Below are positions 38,456 to 46,253 of a stretch of DNA of 64,000 nt, piece by piece. The DNA is taken from the NCBI GenBank assembly GCA_964641255.1, contig CAZXMM010000001.1:873890-937889 (forward strand), given 5' to 3'. A program made the position numbers and the translations under genes. The stretch is from an uncultured Gammaproteobacteria bacterium (lineage in GTDB: Bacteria; Patescibacteriota; Microgenomatia; JAMCZE01). The notes beneath the pieces are model-generated. The model saw nothing but the letters and a program-made list of their open reading frames with translations, searched no databases and was not told where the DNA came from. Position 1 is the first letter of the stretch; every line of letters starts with the position of its first letter.

Positions 38456-39938
38456 TATCTGGATTTATCTTCTCTAAAAAGTAACGATCGTGAGTAATTA
38501 CTAAAAACGTCCCTGTGTATGAGTCGATAGCCGCCTCTAAAGCCTCACGAGAAGGAATATCTAGATGATTAGTGGGCTCATCAAGAATAATAAAATTTGC
38601 TCCCGATGCCATGATCTTAAGAAGAGCTAGACGGGACTTTTGACCACTACTTAAATCATTAACAGGTGTTCTTAGGTTCTCGTCGCTATAGAGAAACCTA
38701 TGGGCAAACTTGTAAGCTGTAGTTCTATCTTGAGTAATATTTTCTTCCAAATAATTAAGCAAGATATCGCTGCTTTTCATCTCAGAATGTTCTTGTGGCA
38801 AATACCCAATTTCTACATTGTTCCCTATTTCAATACTCCCAATGTCTGGGGTGACTTTTCCCAAAACCAAATTAATAAGCGTTGTCTTTCCCGACCCATT
38901 TGATCCCAAAAGTGCTACTTTTTCGCCCCTCTCAATAAGCAAATTAAAGTTATCAAAAAGTTTTGCTTCGCCCAGTGTCTTTGATAGTCCCTTTATATAC
39001 AGGACGGTTTTGCCTGTCTCCGTTTTAGGTTTAAATATTGCTGACAAAGCCACATCATCCTTCGGTCGCTCTAACATTTCCGTTTTTTCAAGTCGTGTTT
39101 CCAGTCCTTGAGCAACGCGGGCGTATTTCCTGGAGGCACGATTCATAAAGAATGTGGAGGCAAACTTATCCTTGTCGCGGGTTGGACGATCACTCTTTTC
39201 CAAGCGTTGAATGCGCTCTTTCTTTTCGACAATCTCCCTTTCTAGTCTTTTGACCGTTTTCTGTTGCTCATCATATTGTCGGATTTTAGCATCCTTCTCA
39301 ATTTGCTTTTGTTCTCGGTAGAAAGAGTAGTTGCCTCCATACAGTTTCGTTTTCCCATCTTCAAGCTCGACTACTTTGTCAACCAAATTATCCAAAAACT
39401 TCCGATCATGAGAGATTACCAGCGCTGACCCATCATAATTTTTGAGATAGGTTTCTAGCCACTGCAACGCCGCTAGATCAAGATGATTAGTCGGTTCATC
39501 CAACAATAGGAAATCGGGGGTCTTTATCAGCAGTCTGGCCAGATATACTTTTGTTCTTTGACCACTGGAAAGCTCACTCATCTGCCTGTAAGCCACTTCA
39601 CTCAATCCTACCTCTGCCAGTGCAACATCCACCTCATATTCATTCCCCTGATCGATTTCCAAGCAATTGACCAGGAATTCGTGAACTGATTCATCAGTAA
39701 AGATCTCAGGCGCTTGAGGCACATAGCCTACAGTGGCGTCTTTAGGAACAAATTGAATACTTCCCGAGTCGGTCTTCTCCAAGCCAGCAATAATCTTCAG
39801 GAGTGTAGTCTTGCCACTCCCGTTGGCTCCAATTAACCCCACAATTTCCCCTTCTCCTATTGAAAAAGAGATTTCATTTAGGACAACGTGCCCTGCATAT
39901 TCCTTGGTGATCGAATTTAGTATTAAGTTCATGTCCAT
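38439..39938 (-). CDS. ABC-F family ATPase (tandem ABC domains, EttA/ARE-like); cassette 2
   Basis: Two Walker A (GANGSGKTT, GSNGSGKTT) and two LSSGQ signature motifs with charged inter-domain linker; no TM domain. Confidence 0.8.
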   Translation of the reverse strand: MDMNLILNSITKEYAGHVVLNEISFSIGEGEIVGLIGANGSGKTTLLKIIAGLEKTDSGSIQFVPKDATVGYVPQAPEIFTDESVHEFLVNCLEIDQGNEYEVDVALAEVGLSEVAYRQMSELSSGQRTKVYLARLLIKTPDFLLLDEPTNHLDLAALQWLETYLKNYDGSALVISHDRKFLDNLVDKVVELEDGKTKLYGGNYSFYREQKQIEKDAKIRQYDEQQKTVKRLEREIVEKKERIQRLEKSDRPTRDKDKFASTFFMNRASRKYARVAQGLETRLEKTEMLERPKDDVALSAIFKPKTETGKTVLYIKGLSKTLGEAKLFDNFNLLIERGEKVALLGSNGSGKTTLINLVLGKVTPDIGSIEIGNNVEIGYLPQEHSEMKSSDILLNYLEENITQDRTTAYKFAHRFLYSDENLRTPVNDLSSGQKSRLALLKIMASGANFIILDEPTNHLDIPSREALEAAIDSYTGTFLVITHDRYFLEKINPDKFISI

Positions 39939-40136
39939 ACCTCCAGCTTTACATAACTACCTCGTTTAGACAACAAAAAACCAGCCTTCGTGACTGGTTT
40001 AAATTTCTATTTCTAATTTACTTGTTAATTCACTAACACAAAAACCCAGCCGCTTGGCGGTTCCTTAGGCTTGTAGCCTATATGTGTCAGTGCTCTTTGT
40101 CATACTATGGGTATTATAGCATATTGGCGGTTTTGT

Positions 40137-40222
40137 GCGTAATAAGTTCGAATCCTTCGACGAGCTCAGGACAAGTTCCTTCTGCCCAGGGCTGCCACAT
40201 ATTGCCAAGACAGTCTAAACTC
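40137..40222 (+). repeat. cassette-boundary repeat R2 (long form with internal CAGGACAAGTTCC insert)
   Basis: GCGTAATAAGTTCGAATCCTTCGACGAGCTCAGGACAAGTTCCTTCTGCCCAGGGCTGCCACATATTGCCAAGACAGTCTAAACTC. Confidence 0.7.
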
Positions 40223-40266
40223 ATTATATTCCCTACCTTCTCTTAAAGATCTATAATAAACCGGTA

Positions 40267-40746
40267 ATGGAAGTAATTATTCGCCCCGTAAAACTATCTG
40301 ACTCCGAAGATATTGCTAATTACCTTTTTACCCAGGCCAAGGAAGAAGACATTAAAAAGAATCTGCAGGATGACATTCAAAAAATGGATCAGGGAAAACT
40401 TTTAAGAATTGTTGCAGAGATAGACGGAAAAGTAATTGGGCAATGCGACTTCAGGAGGCCTTCATCTGCTACCAAACAACACATAATTGATATAACTGGC
40501 CTTGTAGTAAATTCTCAGTATCAAGGTAAACGCGTTAGCTCGAAATTAATGGAATATGGATTCAATTGGGCTAAAGAACGTGGCATAACTATTGCCACAA
40601 TCTTCGTGAGAAAAGGCACAAAGGCAGAAGACATTTACCTTCACCAAGGGTTTGCGATTTATGGAGAATTAAAAGACGGCATTAAAGAAACCTGGGGAGA
40701 AGAAAAGATTTACGATGAGATCTTCCTCGCAAAAAGACTTGTATAG
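40267..40746 (+). CDS. GNAT family N-acetyltransferase (copy a); cassette 3
   Basis: 159 aa, VVNSQYQGKRVSSKLM acetyl-CoA binding segment. Confidence 0.7.
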   Translation: MEVIIRPVKLSDSEDIANYLFTQAKEEDIKKNLQDDIQKMDQGKLLRIVAEIDGKVIGQCDFRRPSSATKQHIIDITGLVVNSQYQGKRVSSKLMEYGFNWAKERGITIATIFVRKGTKAEDIYLHQGFAIYGELKDGIKETWGEEKIYDEIFLAKRLV

Positions 40747-40761
40747 CCCTCTTCAATTTGA

Positions 40762-40810
40762 GCATAAAAAGTTCGAATATCTTCTGCCCAGGGCTGCCAA
40801 CATTACTACG
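40762..40810 (+). repeat. cassette-boundary repeat R3 (short form)
   Basis: GCATAAAAAGTTCGAATATCTTCTGCCCAGGGCTGCCAACATTACTACG. Confidence 0.7.
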
Positions 40811-40833
40811 CTTCAAAATGATATAATTAGGGC

Positions 40834-41037
40834 ATGTACAACTGGAATATTGACACCTCAAAATGGAACAAAAAAAGCTCCATGTATAAAGTTTGGCGGC
40901 TCGAACAGCTAATCAACTTTGGCCTTAACAAAGAGAAGATTGGTCTCACTGAGATAAAAAAGTATTGGTCTAGATTAACTCTAGATCCACAACGAAAAGC
41001 GTTTATGAAACTTATTCTATGGCCAAATCAATCTTAA
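40834..41037 (+). CDS. small hypothetical protein (67 aa) overlapping start of AbiEii-like gene; possible cognate partner
   Basis: ORF only; 19-bp overlap with downstream nucleotidyltransferase gene. Confidence 0.25.
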   Translation: MYNWNIDTSKWNKKSSMYKVWRLEQLINFGLNKEKIGLTEIKKYWSRLTLDPQRKAFMKLILWPNQS

Positions 41038-41678
41038 CGGAAACTCAGACTAAGATTCTTAATTTTCTCTCCAATAAATCCTTCTTTCAAGATAACTTTT
41101 ACCTGACGGGAGGAACAGCCCTTGCCGAATTTTATTTACACCATCGTCTTTCCGAAGATTTAGATTTCTTTAGTGAACTAGAAATCGACAAATTTTCCTT
41201 AACCTCTCTTGCGAAGGAAATCTCGATGGTAATCGGGGCTGAAACTCAAGATGTTCAAGAAAGTTATAATCGTAATTTGGTCTATTTTAATATAAAAAGG
41301 GGGGTTCTGAAGACTGAATTTACTTATTTTCCTTTTCCTTCCGTAGAAAAACCAAAGAAGGTATCAGGAATTGCCATTGATTCCTTAACGGATATTGCTA
41401 CGAATAAATTTTTCACTATTTATCAAAAACCTTCAGCTCGGCACTTTATTGATCTTTATCTTATTCTTACGACTAAAAACTATACCTGGGCGCAACTGGA
41501 AAAGCTTGCGCGAATTAAGTTTGACACAATCATTGATCCAATTCAGCTGGGTAGTAAACTTATTAAGTCGGCAACAATTTCCGATCTTCCCCGTATGCTT
41601 ATTAAGCTTCCAGAGGATAAGTGGCGAAATTATTTTATGGAAAAGGCCCAAGAACTGAAAGATCAAGTGATAAAGTAG
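41019..41678 (+). CDS. AbiEii/AbiGii-family nucleotidyltransferase (type IV toxin-like, DUF1814); cassette 4
   Basis: YLTGGTALAEFYLHHRLSEDLDFF matches GGTAL....R.S.DiDf nucleotidyltransferase motif. Confidence 0.55.
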   Translation: MAKSILTETQTKILNFLSNKSFFQDNFYLTGGTALAEFYLHHRLSEDLDFFSELEIDKFSLTSLAKEISMVIGAETQDVQESYNRNLVYFNIKRGVLKTEFTYFPFPSVEKPKKVSGIAIDSLTDIATNKFFTIYQKPSARHFIDLYLILTTKNYTWAQLEKLARIKFDTIIDPIQLGSKLIKSATISDLPRMLIKLPEDKWRNYFMEKAQELKDQVIK

Positions 41679-41722
41679 GTTCTAACATGGTTCACCAGGC
41701 CCTGCCGATTATATATAGGCTA

Positions 41723-41740
41723 CTCTGACAATCTAAACTC
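41723..41740 (+). repeat. partial repeat (tail-only remnant, R3b) between AbiEii-like gene and GT2 gene
   Basis: CTCTGACAATCTAAACTC resembles tails of R1 (CAGGACAATCTAAATC) and R2 (CAAGACAGTCTAAACTC). Confidence 0.4.
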
Positions 41741-41771
41741 CTCTGATATAATCAGACATTGAGTTGCTTAT

Positions 41772-42464
41772 ATGAATTACACCTGTATCCTTCCTGTTTA
41801 TAATGAAGCTCCTAGAGTCGGTGGTGTATTAAAAGCTGTGACGCAGATAAAGGAAATATCGGAAATAATTTGCGTAGACGGGGGCTCTACAGATGAATCA
41901 ATAAAGGTCATCGAGAGAGACTTCCCCACCGTCACTCTAATAAAACATAAGACTAAAGAAGGTAAGGCTAAAGCCGTCACTTCAGGACTTCGAGCTGCTA
42001 AAGAACAAGCAATTATTTTACTAGACTCAGACATGCTGGGTGTGAAGCCAGAAGAACTCGTGCGTGCTATCAAGGTTTTCGAAGAACGCCAACTTGATTG
42101 TCTGATCTTAAGTAAGTCTCCCATGAATGCTGTCGATGCTTTACAAAGGAAATTATGGGGAGCATTACTCCTTTCTCAGGCAGGTGAAAGGATAATTAAA
42201 AAGCGATATTTAGAGGAAGCATTGGAATCTTCCGGAGCAAATGGATACCAATTAGAGATTGCTCAAAACAAGTATTTAATTGATAAAAATAAGAACACAG
42301 CATTTATGGATATTTCCGCGAGAAATGTTGGTAAAGCAAAAAAATTGGGTTTGTGGGCAGGTGTTATTAAGGAAATTAGTATGTGGAAACAAGTAATTGA
42401 TTACGCTGGACTTCCCTTTTTAATCAAACAATCGTTTTTCTTCACTAAGCAAAAGGTTTCCTAA
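41772..42464 (+). CDS. family 2 glycosyltransferase (DPM1-like); cassette 4
   Basis: ILPVYNEAPRV, ICVDGGSTDES, LLDSDM (DxD) motifs. Confidence 0.65.
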   Translation: MNYTCILPVYNEAPRVGGVLKAVTQIKEISEIICVDGGSTDESIKVIERDFPTVTLIKHKTKEGKAKAVTSGLRAAKEQAIILLDSDMLGVKPEELVRAIKVFEERQLDCLILSKSPMNAVDALQRKLWGALLLSQAGERIIKKRYLEEALESSGANGYQLEIAQNKYLIDKNKNTAFMDISARNVGKAKKLGLWAGVIKEISMWKQVIDYAGLPFLIKQSFFFTKQKVS

Positions 42465-42490
42465 TCAGAAGTCAGTAACCGAGTATTTTG

Positions 42491-42546
42491 TGCATAAAAG
42501 GTTCGAATGTCGTCTGCCCAGGGCTGCTAAATTGTTTTAGACAGCC
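42491..42546 (+). repeat. cassette-boundary repeat R4 (short form)
   Basis: TGCATAAAAGGTTCGAATGTCGTCTGCCCAGGGCTGCTAAATTGTTTTAGACAGCC. Confidence 0.7.
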
Positions 42547-42602
42547 ACAACAACCTGAACTATTTGCACTTCCCTAGTCTCTCAATAGATTTATAATTAA
42601 GT

Positions 42603-43082
42603 ATGGAAATAATTATTCGCCCAATAAGAATCTCTGACTCAGCAGATATTCACAAGTATTTGTTCATTCAAGCTCAGGAAGATGCGATCAAAAAAAATAT
42701 AGAAGCAGATCTTGAAAAGATGGACCAAGGGAAACTTTTGAGAATAGTTGCCGAGGCAGATGGAAAAGTGATTGGTCAATGTGACTTTAGGCGGGCATCA
42801 TCAGCCACTAAACAACATCTCGTCGACGTTACTGGTTTGGTTGTAAACTCCAAGTATCAAGGTCAAGGAATTAGCTCTCAGCTACTGGGGTATGGATTTA
42901 GCTGGGCAAAACAGCACGGAATGACGATAGCCACAATATCTGTGAGAAAAGGGACGAAGGCAGAAGACGTTTACCTTCATCAAGGATTCACGGTTTATGG
43001 TGAACTTAAAGACGGAATTAAAGAAACCTGGGGAGACGGTAAGATTTACGATGAAATCTTCCTCGCTAAGAAGCTGGACTAA
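42603..43082 (+). CDS. GNAT family N-acetyltransferase (copy b, paralog of 40267..40746); cassette 5
   Basis: 159 aa, about 75 percent identical to copy a by eye over full length, including about 60 bp of upstream sequence. Confidence 0.7.
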   Translation: MEIIIRPIRISDSADIHKYLFIQAQEDAIKKNIEADLEKMDQGKLLRIVAEADGKVIGQCDFRRASSATKQHLVDVTGLVVNSKYQGQGISSQLLGYGFSWAKQHGMTIATISVRKGTKAEDVYLHQGFTVYGELKDGIKETWGDGKIYDEIFLAKKLD

Positions 43083-43098
43083 CAATCTTCAGATTTGT

Positions 43099-43170
43099 GC
43101 GCAATTAGTTCAAATTCCTTCTCCATAAAAATTCTTCGAATTTTCAGGATAAATGCCCAGGGTTGCTGAG
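43099..43170 (+). repeat. cassette-boundary repeat R5 (degenerate, partly duplicated)
   Basis: GCGCAATTAGTTCAAATTCCTTCTCCATAAAAATTCTTCGAATTTTCAGGATAAATGCCCAGGGTTGCTGAGG. Confidence 0.6.
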
Positions 43171-43263
43171 GAAATTTAGCTTCAAAATTCACCAAAAATC
43201 AGCGATGGTTGGATGTAAATTCAAACCTAAACTCGCCCTTCTATAGTCCGAAAACTTACCACC

Positions 43264-43728
43264 TTATCGTATCATTCTCTCATATGCCACTCGACTTTGA
43301 TCCTCCCATGATGGCCCACTAAACTTAAAACCATTTTTCTCTGCAATTTTTCTCGAAGCGACATTATCACTCGACGTAATAATTACCAATTTATTAAGTT
43401 CGGTGTCGTTTTTTGCGTGTTCTACTAGCAATTGTAAAGACAAACCACCTACCCCTTTACCCCTCACTTCAGGATCGAAAATATGATAACCAATCAACGC
43501 CTCTTTCTTATTTATATCTATATCATGCAGGAATATTTCACCCACAAGTTTGCCTCGATAGAATATTCCAAAATAATCAACCGAGAGATCCACATTGGCC
43601 TTATTTCTCCACTTCTCCCAGTCCAAATCAGTATTATTGACAGGGTTGGCCAATTTGACCTTATCGATATCGACCCTCTTCAAAGTCACCTCTCCACTAG
43701 TAATTTCGGATTTGTTGCCAGCAGACAT
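43264..43728 (-). CDS. GNAT family acetyltransferase (RimJ/RimL-like, copy c); cassette 6
   Basis: HIFDPEVRGKGVGGLSLQLL...NVASRKIAEKNGFKF. Confidence 0.65.
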   Translation of the reverse strand: MSAGNKSEITSGEVTLKRVDIDKVKLANPVNNTDLDWEKWRNKANVDLSVDYFGIFYRGKLVGEIFLHDIDINKKEALIGYHIFDPEVRGKGVGGLSLQLLVEHAKNDTELNKLVIITSSDNVASRKIAEKNGFKFSGPSWEDQSRVAYERMIR

Positions 43729-43757
43729 TCCTAAAGTTTACCAGACTTTAAATTTGA

Positions 43758-43798
43758 CCGTAAAAAGTTCGAATACCTTCTGCCCAGGGCTATAAAAC
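43758..43798 (+). repeat. cassette-boundary repeat R6 (short form)
   Basis: CCGTAAAAAGTTCGAATACCTTCTGCCCAGGGCTATAAAACG. Confidence 0.7.
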
Positions 43799-43866
43799 GT
43801 GAATTGTTATCGTTTTACGTCATTCATTCACGTGATATTGACATTTTATCGTGAATATGACATCAT

Positions 43867-44742
43867 TTGCTCATGCTTTCAAACCAAATTAAAAGCAAAA
43901 TTGGGGAACTTAAAAATGAATATGAGCACTTACGAATAGGGAAAGAGTCGCTTCTTACCCTCCTTGACGAAGCAGAAGTTCCAGAAGCGGTCTACAACTC
44001 TAACGCCATTGAAAATTCCACTCTTACCCTCGCGGAAACCGAAAAGATTCTTCTTGAAATGGAAGTGTCTAGAAAAATAAGCCTGCGTGAGGTATTTGAA
44101 GCCAAGAATCTAGCCGGAGCCATGGAATATATAAGGAATAAGGCCCAACAAACTGAACTAACCAAAGACCTTATCCTCTCTTTGCATAGTATGTTCATTG
44201 GCAATATTGATGACAAAATAGCAGGCAGGTTCAGGTCTCAGAAAGAGTTCGTTCGAGTCGGGAGCTACATCGCTACACCCCCCGAACACGTTGAAAGTCG
44301 GGTGGAATCCTTACTCATCGACTACGCCAGTGACTTACGGAGTTATCTAATTGATAGTATTACCAAATTTCATCTGGAATTCGAACTTATCCACCCTTTT
44401 ATTGATGGAAATGGTCCGATTGGACGAGTGATCATCAACTATCAATTACTCCGTAACGGACTGCCCCCTATTACCATTAGGAGTAAAGAGAAAAATGCCT
44501 ACCACCTCGGTTTTGTTGCTTACCAAGACAGTAAAAACACTACTAAAATGGAAAAAATTATCAGTTTAGCGGTAATAGAGTCTCTCCATAAAAGACTGGC
44601 CTATCTTAAAAGTCAACGAATTATTCCTCTCGTTGAGTACAGCAAGCAATTAGACAAACCCGCACCGGTTGTTCTTAACATGGCGGCCCGCCAAACTCTT
44701 CCCGCCTTCAGAGAAAAAGGTGTTTGGAAGATAGGAATCTGA
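43867..44742 (+). CDS. Fic/DOC family protein (variant Fic motif); cassette 7
   Basis: HPFIDGNGPIGR (cf HPFx[DE]GNGRxxR). Confidence 0.65.
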   Translation: MLMLSNQIKSKIGELKNEYEHLRIGKESLLTLLDEAEVPEAVYNSNAIENSTLTLAETEKILLEMEVSRKISLREVFEAKNLAGAMEYIRNKAQQTELTKDLILSLHSMFIGNIDDKIAGRFRSQKEFVRVGSYIATPPEHVESRVESLLIDYASDLRSYLIDSITKFHLEFELIHPFIDGNGPIGRVIINYQLLRNGLPPITIRSKEKNAYHLGFVAYQDSKNTTKMEKIISLAVIESLHKRLAYLKSQRIIPLVEYSKQLDKPAPVVLNMAARQTLPAFREKGVWKIGI

Positions 44743-44749
44743 AGCTGGA

Positions 44750-44900
44750 GGCATAAAAAGTTTGAATCCTTCGACTGCGCTCAGGACAAGTTGTCCTCTC
44801 CCACAAACTCGTCAGTACGCGGCATGCACTCCGTGTATGCCCGCGTGCTTTGATTAGCTGGACTTCGTGCCCAGGGCAGCAAAGCCTGCTATTGACAGAC
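44750..44900 (+). repeat. cassette-boundary repeat R7 (extra-long form with embedded near-palindromes)
   Basis: GGCATAAAAAGTTTGAATCCTTCGACTGCGCTCAGGACAAGTTGTCCTCTCC...GTGCCCAGGGCAGCAAAGCC; contains AGGACAAGTTGTCCT palindrome. Confidence 0.65.
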
Positions 44901-44930
44901 GATATACCATCGTATATACTTCAGCATACT

Positions 44931-45212
44931 ATGAATTACGCAATCGTTGCCACAAAAATAGATCCTCAGACCAAAAAACTGGCAATGGAAACCGCCCATG
45001 GCCTTGGCTTACCTCTTAGCGTAGTCATCAAAGCCTTTCTAAAACAATTTATTCGCACTAAGTCGATTACTTTCAATACTTCCGAAGAACCTAGTACGTA
45101 TCTTAAAAACGCCATCGCCCAGGCAGAAAAGAACTTAAGTAAAGGAAGCTATTCTCCAACATTCAAAACTGGTGCAGACGCCGTTGCTTGGTTGGAAAAA
45201 CAAGGTATATGA
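44931..45212 (+). CDS. DinJ/RelB-family antitoxin; cassette 8
   Basis: MNYAIVATKIDPQTKKLAMETAHGLGLPLSVVIKAFLKQFI; start at internal Met; ATGA overlap with toxin gene. Confidence 0.55.
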   Translation: MNYAIVATKIDPQTKKLAMETAHGLGLPLSVVIKAFLKQFIRTKSITFNTSEEPSTYLKNAIAQAEKNLSKGSYSPTFKTGADAVAWLEKQGI

Positions 45213-45481
45213 GAGTTGTCTATGATCCCCTTTTCCTAGCTCGACTCAAAAAGGCCAATGTCAGAATACGCAAAAGTTTCAAAGAACGCATCATAATATT
45301 TTCTAAGGATCCACTTGCACTCCAACTCAACAATCACGCGTTAAAAGATGATTACCAAGGTTACCAAAGTATTGATATTACGAGTGACTGGAGAGCAATT
45401 TACAAAGAGGCAATAATTGGAGAGGATACCGTTGCCTACTTTATTATCTTAGGAACCCACAAAGAACTATATGGTAATTGA
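45209..45481 (+). CDS. RelE/YafQ-family mRNA interferase toxin; cassette 8
   Basis: MRVVYDPLFLARLKK...SKDPLALQLNNHALKDDYQGYQSIDITSDWRAIY...ILGTHKELY typical RelE/YafQ fold signature. Confidence 0.55.
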   Translation: MRVVYDPLFLARLKKANVRIRKSFKERIIIFSKDPLALQLNNHALKDDYQGYQSIDITSDWRAIYKEAIIGEDTVAYFIILGTHKELYGN

Positions 45482-45484
45482 CCA

Positions 45485-45580
45485 GGCGTAAAAAGTTCAA
45501 ATCCTTCGATCCCCTAATTGGCGAACTCAGGACAAGTTTCTTCTGTCCAGGGCTGCCGCGGATTACTAGGACAATCAACT
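45485..45580 (+). repeat. cassette-boundary repeat R8 (long form)
   Basis: GGCGTAAAAAGTTCAAATCCTTCGATCCCCTAATTGGCGAACTCAGGACAAGTTTCTTCTGTCCAGGGCTGCCGCGGATTACTAGGACAATCAACT. Confidence 0.7.
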
Positions 45581-45588
45581 TATAGATT

Positions 45589-46212
45589 GTGCATTTGCTA
45601 TACTTTTCCCACATGGATTCCCTGCTTACAATTAAAGTCATCGCTTCGGCTGCAGCTACTGGCATCGCACTTATCGCTTATATTCCCTACCTCATCGATA
45701 TGTTTAAAGGGAGGAATAAGCCGCATCTTTATACGTGGATCAGTATTTTTCTTGTAACTGCAGTCGTTAGCTACCTTCAACTTATTGGCGGAGCAGGTGT
45801 AGGAGCGATTCCAACAATAATAGGCGTTATTGTCGATGGGATTATTTTATTTTACTGCTTTAAATATGGAACTAAGGACATCGTCTTCATGGATAAGATA
45901 TGCCTCTTCATCTCGGTGGTGGGGGTTATGGCCTACGCAGCTTTGCATACAATGCCCATTGTTTCATTAGCAATTGTCACGGCGGCGGAAATTATCTCGT
46001 TTATCCCTACATTTAGAAAAACGAGAAATGATCCATATTCTGAATCATTAACCAGTTATTACCTAATATTACTTAAACTTACCCTAATACTGATTGCTCT
46101 ACAAACTTACAATCTTCTTACTGCCTCCTACTCGATTCTTTGGATTAGTGTATTTGTCGTATTTCTTACCTGCACTTATCGCTGGCGAGCCACCAAAAGG
46201 CAATCTGCTTAG
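45589..46212 (+). CDS. hypothetical polytopic membrane protein; cassette 9
   Basis: ORF with 5-6 hydrophobic helices; no motif recognized. Confidence 0.35.
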   Translation: MHLLYFSHMDSLLTIKVIASAAATGIALIAYIPYLIDMFKGRNKPHLYTWISIFLVTAVVSYLQLIGGAGVGAIPTIIGVIVDGIILFYCFKYGTKDIVFMDKICLFISVVGVMAYAALHTMPIVSLAIVTAAEIISFIPTFRKTRNDPYSESLTSYYLILLKLTLILIALQTYNLLTASYSILWISVFVVFLTCTYRWRATKRQSA

Positions 46213-46253
46213 AAAAATATGTCAAATACCTTTTGCCCAGCACTGTATTAACT
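46212..46253 (+). repeat. degenerate terminal repeat R9
   Basis: GAAAAATATGTCAAATACCTTTTGCCCAGCACTGTATTAACT aligns with R6 GTAAAAAGTTCGAATACCTTCTGCCCAGGGCTATAAAACG. Confidence 0.5.

Noticed and set aside
37635-46253. Classical class-1-type integron attC sites or a CRISPR array
   Set aside because: The repeats lack the R''/R' core sites (RYYYAAC ... GTTRRRY) and do not start cassettes with TTRRRY. The spacing between copies is 0.5-1.7 kb of protein-coding DNA, not 25-50 bp spacers. No cas or intI gene is present in the window. The region is therefore described as an integron-like or tandem-att array rather than a canonical integron or CRISPR.
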